DNA from: a virus
Taxonomy: Duplodnaviria; Caudoviricetes
Virus record (IMG/VR): IMGVR_UViG_3300025102_000210
Span: 1-27,916 of that record
DNA: 27,916 bases
Strand: one strand, 5' to 3'
Below, one piece after another: positions 1 to 8,860 of this stretch. The translations under genes and the position numbers were made by a program. Within the stretch, counting starts at the first letter, position 1. Each line of letters opens with the position of its first letter. Below the pieces are notes generated by a model. It searched no databases, was not told where the DNA came from, and worked only from the letters and a program-made list of their open reading frames with translations.

Positions 1-53
1 GCTTCTTTCAACGCCTTGGCGTCTACGATTGCTTGCTCTAATAGTGAGGACAT
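1..53 (-). CDS. 5' fragment of probable prohead scaffold/core protein (runs off the left edge)
   Basis: ATG at 53-51 with SD AGGAG at 67-63; reads MSSLLEQAIVDAKALKEA. From recall, this resembles the N-terminus of scaffold-like proteins that precede the major capsid gene in this phage type. Not in the ORF track. Confidence 0.6.
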   Translation of the reverse strand, partial: MSSLLEQAIVDAKALKE

Positions 54-87
54 AAACAAAAACTCCTATAATAATGGTTTTTCAAAT

Positions 88-95
88 TAAATAGT
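88..95 (-). promoter_or_regulatory. Putative late-promoter motif ACTATTTA
   Basis: + strand TAAATAGT, about 35 nt upstream of the ATG at 53; same motif recurs in five other intergenic gaps. Confidence 0.6.
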
Positions 96-154
96 ATGTA
101 ATTGAACTAAAAGCAGGTAGTTTGTTGTCGAGGGCTCATAAACGCCAACAGACC

Positions 155-394
155 CTACCCTTCGTCTACTTTCGCCTCTAGAGCGGCAAGAACTAAGCGA
201 GCTAAAGAGCGACTTGTTTCTATATTTGGACTACTTGCATCTGTTTCGTCGTAGCCACTTAATAGAGAAGCTACTTCAGATAGTGGAATGATAAGAGGGA
301 TGATGTAGCATTCTTCAACAAATGGGTTGCCATCTGTGTCTAATCCCGAAACTGAGTTTAGGCTAACCTGTTGATAATCTATTTTGCTACTCAT
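155..394 (-). CDS. Hypothetical protein, 79 aa
   Basis: SD AAGGAG just upstream, overlapping the previous stop; fits the minus-strand operon. Confidence 0.75.
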   Translation of the reverse strand: MSSKIDYQQVSLNSVSGLDTDGNPFVEECYIIPLIIPLSEVASLLSGYDETDASSPNIETSRSLARLVLAALEAKVDEG

Positions 395-403
395 GACTTC
401 TCC

Positions 404-1168
404 TTATGCTAGTGGGCTAAGTTTTATAGCCTTGTATTGTATTCTAAATGATGTGTCTTCATCTTCCAAAACAGCATCGCCAGTGCCTCTAGTGCCAACG
501 CCGACTATGAAAAATAGGTCTATATCTGCGCTCATGGCATTTTTTGTGTTATTTTTGCTGGCTCTATTGTTGAACGTTCCGTCTGACTCAAAGACAACTG
601 ATGTTGACTGGGCAAGTCCCGACGCCATGATGCATCCTACAAAACAACCCGCAGCGTCGTTATCTCCAGCATGCTGTGAGCTATTCCCAGTCCAAACTCC
701 ATAATCAGGAACCGCCGTGGCAGTATTAATAAACGATGCACCACAGCCATCTATGGTGTTGAGAGTTTGGGAGGTAGGATCTGCGCAAACTCCAGCAACA
801 ACATTCGCATTCCAAGAGTCGGTGATAGTGCCACGTTCCAACTTTATTGCAAGAAGAAATGTGTCGTTGCTAGTAAGTCGAACATTCTGCCCTGTGCCGT
901 CCGTTGTGAAAAGAGGTGTGTGCCACCTAGGTGCATCGCAAGTAGAGCCAGCAATCCAACAATTATTGGTGCTGCCGGTCATTGCGTTCATTGTGATTCT
1001 ATTAAAGTTACTTCCACTGGCTGCCAAAGTTTTAATGTCAGAGTTTACATCAACCTGCGTCCAAGTAGATGTGTCGGTCAGATCCACATAGGCGGTTGCT
1101 ACAGAAGAAAAATCTGTCACATCTGTCACTAGAGTCCATTGATTAGAGCCTGAGACTAAAGAAGCCAT
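404..1168 (-). CDS. Probable virion structural protein, beta-rich, 254 aa
   Basis: Thr/Ser/Asp/Gly-rich; TAATG overlap with the upstream fibre gene; lies in the structural cluster. Confidence 0.6.
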   Translation of the reverse strand: MASLVSGSNQWTLVTDVTDFSSVATAYVDLTDTSTWTQVDVNSDIKTLAASGSNFNRITMNAMTGSTNNCWIAGSTCDAPRWHTPLFTTDGTGQNVRLTSNDTFLLAIKLERGTITDSWNANVVAGVCADPTSQTLNTIDGCGASFINTATAVPDYGVWTGNSSQHAGDNDAAGCFVGCIMASGLAQSTSVVFESDGTFNNRASKNNTKNAMSADIDLFFIVGVGTRGTGDAVLEDEDTSFRIQYKAIKLSPLA

Positions 1169-2280
1169 TAACTTGTGCTCACTATAAAGTAGCTTGCAAC
1201 GCCGTCAGAAGCAATCGTAATAGCACCAAAGCCGGATTGAATTTTTACGATTCCTTGTCCGTCAATTCGGTTACCGGCTGAGGTGTAAGCGCTTGCACTA
1301 ATGACAATGTGATTTGAACCAGAGCAACTGCCACTGACATCTTTAAAGGTGAATCTTCTTCCTGCACTGAAAGTGGATGCTGCTGGTAGTGATGCAGTGA
1401 TTGCAGAGCCAGTTGTGATAATCCCCATAAGATCATGGTTAGAGGCTACGGTGTAATTGCCTGTAAAGCTGTTATAGGAGCTTTGCCCGCCTACGTTTTG
1501 TAGTTGTGAGCCATCCCCAATAAATGCAGAAGCCGATATGTTTGCAGAACACGAAATCGTTGTGGTGGCGAGGGTGTTAGAAGTTGAATTGAATGTTAAA
1601 TTAGCGCTTGCCCCAAGATCTCCAGAATCATTAATTTGGATTTGAGTGTTAGAGCCGGCGACTGTTGGGATTGACAATTTCCCGTTTACATAATTGTAGA
1701 TTGCAACGGCTGTAGTTTTTTTATTACCTGATTTGTCCACCAAAAGAATGTCAGAATCTGCCAAAGAACCAGCAGAGGATAGCGAGTCAACATCGATTTT
1801 GATTCCGCTATTACTCCTGGCAATTCCGGGCGTTGAGTCCAACTTGACTCTAACAGCGTTGGAACTGTCTTCAAGACCTTGACCAAGATTTATCTTGTTA
1901 GCATTCAAAACTCCACTTATGTTAGAAGGGGACAGGTTGAAAATGTTCGCGCCAGAGCCCGAAATAAACGATGCTGAAAGCTCTCCTGTAAGGGTAACGT
2001 TGGAGCCATCAAAAATAAAATTAGCGTTGCCAGACAGAGCGCTAGCTGTATGAAACTGGATGGATCTATCAACGCCGCCCGGCGTAACTGAGATTCCAGA
2101 TAAATTAGCACCGTTGCCGTAATAGACGGAGGCAGAGACGCCTGCTGAAGCTGTGACTGTGCTGGTGAACGTCTTGACGCCGCCGACTGACTGATTTGCA
2201 TGATCGTTAATCATGTCTTCGATGTTGCCCAGGTTTACGCCACTGAACTCTACATCATCTTTTAAAATGTTATAAGCCAT
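1168..2280 (-). CDS. Fibre/decoration-like structural protein, 370 aa
   Basis: Fibre-type motifs (GGVKTF, G.D.SIQF, GSNTQIQIND.G.LGAS.NLTFN, TAS...SAS..Y/F.G.G..L) and a C-terminal SLPAA...FTFKD...IDGQ domain shared with three neighbouring genes. Confidence 0.75.
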   Translation of the reverse strand: MAYNILKDDVEFSGVNLGNIEDMINDHANQSVGGVKTFTSTVTASAGVSASVYYGNGANLSGISVTPGGVDRSIQFHTASALSGNANFIFDGSNVTLTGELSASFISGSGANIFNLSPSNISGVLNANKINLGQGLEDSSNAVRVKLDSTPGIARSNSGIKIDVDSLSSAGSLADSDILLVDKSGNKKTTAVAIYNYVNGKLSIPTVAGSNTQIQINDSGDLGASANLTFNSTSNTLATTTISCSANISASAFIGDGSQLQNVGGQSSYNSFTGNYTVASNHDLMGIITTGSAITASLPAASTFSAGRRFTFKDVSGSCSGSNHIVISASAYTSAGNRIDGQGIVKIQSGFGAITIASDGVASYFIVSTS

Positions 2281-2299
2281 CTATGCCCCTTTTTCACAA

Positions 2300-2307
2300 T
2301 AAATAGT
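2300..2307 (-). promoter_or_regulatory. Putative late-promoter motif ACTATTTA(T)
   Basis: + strand ATAAATAGT in the 36-nt gap, about 20 nt upstream of the ATG at 2280. Confidence 0.6.
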
Positions 2308-2316
2308 TTTGTTTAT

Positions 2317-3420
2317 TTATTTCTTCAAATGCTTTGCGAGAGCATTCTCGATTAACTCAGAATAACCCAGGATGTTCTTAGGGTTGTCGGGATGAAATTG
2401 CCACAGTTTTTCCCTATCTCTTTCACGTTCTTTGAGATAGACTCCTTTATGAGTTTCAATGGCACGTTGAAGCTGGGCAGAACCCTTTTTCGCATCCCAT
2501 TCTGGATAGTAATAGCCATGTTCTTTGAAGAACTCTGAGTTGTGGACAATCGGTGTTCCAAAATACATTGCCTCAAGCTGTAAGTAGTTCAAACCATTCA
2601 TCCAATGATGGCTGACAATTGTGCCTGCGAATTGCTTATGAAGAGCCCACACTAACTTATAGCGACCTTCAAAAGAAATTTTCTTATCTTTCTTAATGTT
2701 TAGCTTGCTCAACATCGTAAGAAAAGTTTTATGCTTTTCAAGCTTAAGGGCGCCGAAATTATAGACATCTCCTACTAATTCTGGTCTTCTATTGTAGAGA
2801 TCTTCGACTATAATGCATGGAATCATGCAAGACTTGACAATGTTTAAGTTGGGTTCAAAGAAAGAAATGTTGTTTATGTTAGTCGATGGATTGAAGAACG
2901 GATCAACCTTGTGATTTATGTAAGTGTGAGTAACAACATCAGGGCTCCACACATAGGGGCATACATGCATCTCTGTTTTTTCTAAGATTTCAAGGGCTGG
3001 GATTGAGAATTCAAAGTGCGGAGAACACCAGATTTCATGAATGTCTTTTTTTCCAATTCCACTATTCTCTGGTTTAAACAACATGTTTTCTAAATCGATC
3101 AGGAGTCGATTGCCATATTGAATTCCAATTCGCACGCCTCCCGATCTTAATAGAGCTTCAGAGGCTTTGTGCTCAAGAGCAAAAGCACACTCCATGATCA
3201 TGTCGTACTCTTTGATGTTTTCAGCAGTCAGTTGTTGAATGTTATGGGTTATTAGTTTCTTGCCATAATGCTTGCTTGATTCGGACACTAGATTTACGTC
3301 GTATCCAGCGCCCTGTAATAGTCTATAAAGAAACCAGACATTTTGGTTCAGTCCATTCCCAAATAGGTTTTCATCACATTTGCTTGTAATGCCAATTTTA
3401 ACATTCTTGCTTATTTTCAT
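2317..3420 (-). CDS. DUF2827-like putative GT-B glycosyltransferase, 367 aa
   Basis: Motifs NGLNQN..FL..LL, PYVWSP, FEPNLNIVKS..IP and VSHHW.N.LNYL..EA.Y.G.P.VHNS match my recall of DUF2827; the EAM..G.P.V segment is GT-B-like. Start moved to ATG 3420 (MKISKN) because GGAGG lies at 3432-3428. Confidence 0.7.
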   Translation of the reverse strand: MKISKNVKIGITSKCDENLFGNGLNQNVWFLYRLLQGAGYDVNLVSESSKHYGKKLITHNIQQLTAENIKEYDMIMECAFALEHKASEALLRSGGVRIGIQYGNRLLIDLENMLFKPENSGIGKKDIHEIWCSPHFEFSIPALEILEKTEMHVCPYVWSPDVVTHTYINHKVDPFFNPSTNINNISFFEPNLNIVKSCMIPCIIVEDLYNRRPELVGDVYNFGALKLEKHKTFLTMLSKLNIKKDKKISFEGRYKLVWALHKQFAGTIVSHHWMNGLNYLQLEAMYFGTPIVHNSEFFKEHGYYYPEWDAKKGSAQLQRAIETHKGVYLKERERDREKLWQFHPDNPKNILGYSELIENALAKHLKK

Positions 3421-3446
3421 TTTTTGCCCTCCAGCGTAAGCAATGA

Positions 3447-3454
3447 TAAATAGT
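3447..3454 (-). promoter_or_regulatory. Putative late-promoter motif ACTATTTA(T)
   Basis: + strand ATAAATAGT between the terminator and the SD of the glycosyltransferase gene. Confidence 0.6.
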
Positions 3455-3477
3455 AGCACGAATCTGTTTGAGAACCA

Positions 3478-3517
3478 ACAAAACGAAAAGGGGGCACCTT
3501 CGAAAAGGTGCCCCCTT
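3478..3517 (-). terminator. Rho-independent terminator with UUCG loop
   Basis: Minus strand AAGGGGGCACCTT-TTCG-AAGGTGCCCCCTT (perfect 13-bp stem) followed by a T-rich tail, 20 nt after the stop of the 983-aa gene. Confidence 0.92.
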
Positions 3518-3537
3518 AGAGTTACACTAAGCAGTTA

Positions 3538-6489
3538 TCAGAAGATGAACCAGCCGCCGGTAGCAGAGTCGTAAACGACCTTGATGGCAACGTTTGGAAC
3601 GTCTAGAGTGATGCTAGCCTGACCGTCGATCATGTTACCGTTACCAGCAATAATGCAGGTAGCGTCAACACCGTCGTGGTTCTTGATGAACCAGAAATCA
3701 CCCTCGCTTGGAGCAGCAGGTAGAGTGAAGGTCTGACCAGAAGCGTTAGCAACGATGTGGTGCTTGTTAGAAGCGCCAAGTGTCGCGCCAGCGATACGCT
3801 CAATATCCTTCATCTCTGCGAGAAGGGCACTGTCGGCAGATGCACGAGCAGACTCTTCAACACTTAGACGTGAGGTGAGAGAAGTATCAGCAGCAGAACG
3901 AGCGTCTTCTTCATTAGAAACGCGGAGGTCAAGTGAAGCCTGATCGGCATCCTGCTCACTATCGAGTGCTGTGACGCGAACGTCAACAGAAGACACCTCG
4001 GAGTTAGTGGTAGAAACCTCAGCAGAGAAGTTGCCCTCTAGGTCACCGATGCGTGAATCAATAGAGACCTGATCAGCGTCTTGCTCAGAGTCAAGTGTGC
4101 TAATGCGGGTGTCTAGAGAAGCCTGCTCGGCGTCCTGCTCAGAGTCAAGTGCAGAAACACGAGAATCGAGAGAACCAACGTCAGCTACTTCCTTGGACTC
4201 TTGTGAGCTAATGCGGACCTCTAGAGAACCGTCTACAACAGCTAGGGAAGCATCAGAAGAAGCAACCATAGACTCAGCGGTAGATAGGCGAGTGGTTAGA
4301 GAACCGTCAGCAGCGACACGGTTGTCCTCTTCGTTAGAAACGCGGAGGTCAAGTGAAGCCTGATCAGCATCCTGCTCACTATCAAGTGCGGAGACGCGAA
4401 CGTCAACAGAAGCGAACTCAGCGAGAGCTAGGGACTCTTCAGAAGATAGACGTGTAGTGAGTGAAGCATCAGCCACGGTGCGGGCGTTCTCTTCATCACC
4501 AACGCGGGTGTCAAGAGAGCCAACGTCAGTGTTGGTTGCAGCAATCTCAGCGTCAAGAAGAGCCTTGACAGAAGCGTCACCGGAGAGACGCGCAGAGACC
4601 TCAGCAGAATCAGCGTCAGAGAAGCGAGCTACGATAGAAGTATCGGCAGCGGCGCGAGCGCCTTCTTCATTACCAACGCGGGTGTCAAGAGAAGCCTGAT
4701 CAGCATCTTGCTCAGAATCTAGAGCAGAAACGCGAAGGTCTACAGAAGCGAACTCAGCAAGTGCTAGAGACTCTTCAGAAGATAGGCGCGTTGTCAAAGA
4801 AGCATCAGCAGCAACACGAGAGTCTTCTTCGTTAGAAACGCGAAGGTCAAGTGAAGCTTGGTCAGCATCTTGCTCAGAATCTAGTGCAGAAACACGGACA
4901 TCGACAGAAGCGACCTCAGAGTTAGTGACAGAAACTTCAGCGGAGAAGTTGCCTTCTAGATCGCCAATGCGTGAATCAATGGAGACCTGATCGGCGTCTT
5001 GCTCTGAATCGAGAGCGCTAACGCGGGTGTCGATAGAGCCAACATCAGCAACTTCCTTAGACTCCTGAGCGCTTAGGCGTGTGGTTAGAGAACCATCAGC
5101 AGTAGCGCGGGCGCCTTCTTCGTTACCAATGCGGGTGTTGATAGAAGCCTCATCAGCTTCGTGCATAGCGACGATAGAAGCGTCAGCAGAAGCGCGGACA
5201 GAAATCTCAACAGAGTCAGCGTCAGAGAAGCGAACCTGTAGAGAGGAGTCAGCGGCGGCGCGAGCGCCTTCTTCATTGCCAACGCGGGTGTCTAGGGAGC
5301 CAACGTCAGTGTTGGTAGCAGCGATCTCAGCATCAAGGAGAGCCTTGACAGAAACATCACCAGAGAGGCGACTAGAAGCTTCGGCTGTGATTGCAGCAGC
5401 ACGGTTGTCTTCTTCGTTGCTAACACGAGTTGTGAGAGAAACATCGGCAGCCTCGTAGAGTGACTTGAGAGAGGCATCAGCAGCAGCCATGACGACCCCT
5501 ACAGAAGCATCGCCAGAGAGACGGCTAGAAGCTTCAGCAGTGATTGCAGCAGCACGGTTGTCCTCTTCATCGCTAACACGAGTTGTGAGTGAAGCATCAG
5601 CAGCAACACGAGCGTTTTCTTCAGCGCCAACTCTTACATCGAGAGAAGCCTGATCGGCATCCTGCTCGCTGTCGAGGGCAGAGACACGGAGGTCAACAGA
5701 AGCAAACTCAGCGAGAGCTAGAGACTCTTCAGAGCTTAGGCGTGTTGTGAGGGAAGCATCACCAGCAACGCGAGCATCTTCTTCGTTGGAGACGCGAGTC
5801 TGCATTGAAGTCATCTCAGAGTTGGTGGTAGAGACCTCAGCAGAGAAGTTGCTCTCAAGGTCGCCAACGCGGGCATCTGTAGAAACCTGCTCAGCATCTT
5901 GCTCAGAGTCAAGTGCGCTAATGCGGGTGTCGATAGAAGCCTGCTCAGCATCTTGCTCAGAGTCTAGAGCGGAGATACGTGCGTCAAGTGAAACCTGATC
6001 AGCGTCTTGCTCGGAGTCGAGAGTAGAGATGCGGGTGTCAATAGAGACGTGAGCAGCATCGTTAGAGGTGATTGCGGCAGCGCGAACATCCTCTTCGTCA
6101 GAAAGACGGGTTGTGAGTGAAGCATCGCCAGCAACACGGGCATCTTCTTCGTTAGAGACGCGGAGATCAAGAGAAGCTTGGTCTGCGTCCTGCTCAGAGT
6201 CAAGAGTAGAGATGCGAAGATCAAGAGAAGCTTGATCGGCATCCTGCTCTGAATCTAGAGTAGAAATGCGAGTGTCGAGAGAGAGCATGTCAGCAGCTTC
6301 CTCATCCTCTGCTAGAGAGAGACGAGTCTCAACGGAAGTAATACCAAGGTGATCTTGGAAATCCTGATGGATATCCTCACCATTTGTACCAGTACCAGAA
6401 ACGCGCAAGACGCCTGAACCGGAAACCTCAAGACCACCACCCTTCCAGAGTGGATCCTGAGTACCCTTTGCGGGAACGTAATTAGACAT
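3538..6489 (-). CDS. Long repetitive acidic coiled-coil fibre protein, 983 aa
   Basis: About 840 aa of 18-residue modules (EEDAR..ADASL.TR type) then a C-terminal TLPAAPSEGD...IDGQ...WFIF domain; SD AGGAGG; followed by a terminator. Confidence 0.8.
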   Translation of the reverse strand: MSNYVPAKGTQDPLWKGGGLEVSGSGVLRVSGTGTNGEDIHQDFQDHLGITSVETRLSLAEDEEAADMLSLDTRISTLDSEQDADQASLDLRISTLDSEQDADQASLDLRVSNEEDARVAGDASLTTRLSDEEDVRAAAITSNDAAHVSIDTRISTLDSEQDADQVSLDARISALDSEQDAEQASIDTRISALDSEQDAEQVSTDARVGDLESNFSAEVSTTNSEMTSMQTRVSNEEDARVAGDASLTTRLSSEESLALAEFASVDLRVSALDSEQDADQASLDVRVGAEENARVAADASLTTRVSDEEDNRAAAITAEASSRLSGDASVGVVMAAADASLKSLYEAADVSLTTRVSNEEDNRAAAITAEASSRLSGDVSVKALLDAEIAATNTDVGSLDTRVGNEEGARAAADSSLQVRFSDADSVEISVRASADASIVAMHEADEASINTRIGNEEGARATADGSLTTRLSAQESKEVADVGSIDTRVSALDSEQDADQVSIDSRIGDLEGNFSAEVSVTNSEVASVDVRVSALDSEQDADQASLDLRVSNEEDSRVAADASLTTRLSSEESLALAEFASVDLRVSALDSEQDADQASLDTRVGNEEGARAAADTSIVARFSDADSAEVSARLSGDASVKALLDAEIAATNTDVGSLDTRVGDEENARTVADASLTTRLSSEESLALAEFASVDVRVSALDSEQDADQASLDLRVSNEEDNRVAADGSLTTRLSTAESMVASSDASLAVVDGSLEVRISSQESKEVADVGSLDSRVSALDSEQDAEQASLDTRISTLDSEQDADQVSIDSRIGDLEGNFSAEVSTTNSEVSSVDVRVTALDSEQDADQASLDLRVSNEEDARSAADTSLTSRLSVEESARASADSALLAEMKDIERIAGATLGASNKHHIVANASGQTFTLPAAPSEGDFWFIKNHDGVDATCIIAGNGNMIDGQASITLDVPNVAIKVVYDSATGGWFIF
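3820..6335 (-). repeat. Coding tandem/dispersed repeats with a 54-bp (18-aa) unit
   Basis: About 13 copies of LDSEQDA[DE]Q plus other modules; near-identical DNA blocks at e.g. about 3907-3990 and 4328-4410. Confidence 0.9.
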
Positions 6490-6548
6490 ATAAAATCCTC
6501 CTATAATGTCGTAAGATAAACAGGAGCGTAGTCCTGCTTATGCACTCA

Positions 6549-6556
6549 TAAATAGG
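6549..6556 (-). promoter_or_regulatory. Putative late-promoter motif variant CCTATTTA(T)
   Basis: + strand ATAAATAGG about 60 nt upstream of the ATG at 6489. Confidence 0.55.
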
Positions 6557-6577
6557 AACTTAGGGCATTAGTGGAAA

Positions 6578-7783
6578 TTAGAAAATAAAGAATCCACTGG
6601 TGCCGTTGCAATAAAGTTGGATAGATGAATAGGGCACTTCCAAAACTGCTGTATTTGAGTTATTAATTTTTTGTGATCCTGACGCTGAAATCGTTATGTT
6701 ATTTGCGTAAGCGGCGCCCCCTTCGTCTTTTACAATAAACGCATGTCCACTAGATAAGGTGCTGGCGTCGGGTAGTGTTACCGTTATCGGATTACTTGTG
6801 GAGTCTGCCCCTATAATGTAATTTGACTTTTTGGCTGTGTAATTGGTGGTGATCGCCACTCTGTTCAGAACGATGCCCGTGTTGATTGTTGTAATCTTGT
6901 TTTCTACATCTACGCCAAATTGCTCCGCAGATGAAGACAGGATAGAAAGCGACCCGGTGCGAGCATGAACATCATCGTTACTATTTCCAAAAAATGTAGA
7001 ACCAGAGGCATCGATTTCAACAATGTCTGTGTGGATAATGTCGAACGTGTGGGCTGTAATGTTTCCTGAAATTATTAGATTGCCGCTTAGGTTGACCTGA
7101 TTAGCGCCTGGGTTATAAGTAAACTTATCAGATCCGCTCACGCTGTTGTTTTCGTTTTCAAATTGCAGTGAATAGATTGGTCCTACCGATGGGGTCGGGG
7201 TGCTTTTAAACAAATTACCATCATCATCGATTGCAATCAATGTTGTGTTTTCTGGGTTCGGGCTTTGACTAAGCCCACTTAGCTGCATTGTTGAACCACT
7301 GATAGCTCCAGACACATAGAGGCTGGATGATAGTGGATTAAAAATAAAACTAGACGATCCAGTGATGCCATTATTGTTGCCCTCAAACTGAATGGAATAG
7401 AGAGGTCCACTAGTTGGTGTTGGGCTGCTTTTAAAAACGTTTCCGTTTTCATCTATAGCCAGCAACACTGTTGCATCGGGATTATCAAGATCAGGCAGAT
7501 TAGTAAGATGTAATGCAGATGCAGTTACTGGCGCATTTACATAAAGGCGAGAACCATTAAATCTTAGATTTGGCTCTCCGACCAAACTTTGTTCTTGATT
7601 GCCAAGGGTAACGAGATAATCATTTATGTCGTTTGCTACTACGCGAGCAACATTTTGAAGGTACATGCCTTCGCCATGAAACTCGCCATGAATAGCGTTT
7701 GAGTGAGATCCGCCGTTTGAACTTGGGGCAAAGACCGGATCTTTGTTTGCTATAACTGTTCCGGTAAGAGCGTTGTAAGCCAT
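6578..7783 (-). CDS. Fibre/decoration-like structural protein, 401 aa
   Basis: Internal duplication (NPDATVLLAIDENGNVFKSSPTPTSGPLYSIQFE / NPENTTLIAIDDDGNLFKSTPTPSVGPIYSLQFE), SGST.FGNS.DD.H..TGSL motif, shared C-terminal domain ending FFIF; SD AGGAG. Confidence 0.75.
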   Translation of the reverse strand: MAYNALTGTVIANKDPVFAPSSNGGSHSNAIHGEFHGEGMYLQNVARVVANDINDYLVTLGNQEQSLVGEPNLRFNGSRLYVNAPVTASALHLTNLPDLDNPDATVLLAIDENGNVFKSSPTPTSGPLYSIQFEGNNNGITGSSSFIFNPLSSSLYVSGAISGSTMQLSGLSQSPNPENTTLIAIDDDGNLFKSTPTPSVGPIYSLQFENENNSVSGSDKFTYNPGANQVNLSGNLIISGNITAHTFDIIHTDIVEIDASGSTFFGNSNDDVHARTGSLSILSSSAEQFGVDVENKITTINTGIVLNRVAITTNYTAKKSNYIIGADSTSNPITVTLPDASTLSSGHAFIVKDEGGAAYANNITISASGSQKINNSNTAVLEVPYSSIQLYCNGTSGFFIF

Positions 7784-7798
7784 TACAAATCTCCTATT

Positions 7799-8428
7799 CT
7801 AGAATACAAACCAATTGGAGCCGTTGGAGTAAAGTGAGATAGCAGGGCTAGAGCCAGAAATCTCATAAGATGTGGCACCATCAATTTTATCTCCGCTGGA
7901 GGCAGAGAGCGTGATTGGACCGGACCTAGAAGGAGACTCATCCTTCACCAATAAAATGGCACCAGTGCCAGCCACAGAGGCAGAGTGAATTCTGAACTCT
8001 ATAGTGCCGGATCCAGTAACGCCAATAATGTAGTTAAGGTTTGACGAAGTTAACCCAGATCCACTAACAGACAAGTAAGAGACTTTGAAGCCGGTCGTGA
8101 TTGATTGGCTCGTAAATGGGTCTACTCTGAAAATTGGTGCGCTTGCGGAAGCGCCCACAGAAAGCGAACCTGTCATCTTGTGAGTGTCGTCGGTGCTATT
8201 ACCAAAAATAGTAGAACCTGAAACCACATCGGTCTGATCTACAACGAAAGAGCTAGCTGTCAAGGTTCCGACAATGTTCATGCTGCCCAACAGAGTTACT
8301 CTGCCAGCGTTCACATCATAGGTAAAAGTTGAAGATGCCGTAACCGCAGAGCTAGAGACATAGCGAATGCCTCCGTCTGCGCCGACAAGATCACTACAGT
8401 TGACATATGCCCATCCGAATTGAGCCAT
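7799..8428 (-). CDS. Fibre/decoration-like structural protein, 209 aa
   Basis: SGSTIFGNSTDDTHKMTGSL motif shared with the 401-aa protein; shared C-terminal domain ending WFVF. Confidence 0.75.
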   Translation of the reverse strand: MAQFGWAYVNCSDLVGADGGIRYVSSSAVTASSTFTYDVNAGRVTLLGSMNIVGTLTASSFVVDQTDVVSGSTIFGNSTDDTHKMTGSLSVGASASAPIFRVDPFTSQSITTGFKVSYLSVSGSGLTSSNLNYIIGVTGSGTIEFRIHSASVAGTGAILLVKDESPSRSGPITLSASSGDKIDGATSYEISGSSPAISLYSNGSNWFVF

Positions 8429-8431
8429 CTA

Positions 8432-8830
8432 TCAGCCCACCCCAGAAGAGCCTGACCAACTTGTGCCGAGGGCAGTGTCAACGCGAGTAGATGGAATTGA
8501 AGTTAGACCGGCAACAACTGAGACAGTGGCTCCTGCGCCACCATTAAGAAAAATTTGGCTTACTTTTACTTCTAGTCTAGGGCTTGATGAGTTGGGTAAA
8601 ACATCAAAATAATCTGTGGCAGCGACGCCCCTTGTAGAAAAGCCAACTTTTAAAACTGTACTGCTATTGTTGTTAACCACAACCCATCTTGTGACATAAG
8701 GAAAATTAACTGTTTGGGTTGACGAAGCAGCGTTAATCGCACCCTTTGCGAAAGGCTGTCCTGAGACCTGATAAGCTGGTGTGTGGTTAAGTCCTACATT
8801 CGCTTGGTAGGACTTGATAAAGTTAGACAT
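8432..8830 (-). CDS. Probable virion structural protein, 132 aa
   Basis: Small beta-rich protein (AYQVSGQPF...FPYVTRWVVV...LKVGFS); SD GGAGG; heads the fibre cluster. Confidence 0.6.
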   Translation of the reverse strand: MSNFIKSYQANVGLNHTPAYQVSGQPFAKGAINAASSTQTVNFPYVTRWVVVNNNSSTVLKVGFSTRGVAATDYFDVLPNSSSPRLEVKVSQIFLNGGAGATVSVVAGLTSIPSTRVDTALGTSWSGSSGVG

Positions 8831-8860
8831 AAGAAACCTCCGTTTTTACATAGTCGTAAA

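Noticed and set aside
63-72. + strand TATAAT boxes at 67-72 and 6502-6507 as -10 elements
   Set aside because: They are the reverse complement of ATTATAGGAG ribosome-binding contexts, with no -35 element or + strand gene.
123-150. Imperfect hairpin TGTTGTCG...CGCCAACA as a terminator
   Set aside because: Mismatched stem, 12-nt loop and no U-tract on the minus strand.
3421-3459. ORF-track N-terminal extension of the glycosyltransferase (likewise the 25605, 25919 and 20659 starts)
   Set aside because: The extensions run through SD or promoter sequence; downstream starts have well-spaced SD sites.
3820-6335. Possible CRISPR array or non-coding repeat
   Set aside because: The repeats are degenerate at third codon positions, keep one frame open and have no unique spacers; they are coding repeats.
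1168-8428. Diversity-generating retroelement acting on the fibre C-termini
   Set aside because: No reverse transcriptase and no near-identical template/variable repeat pair differing at adenines in this window.
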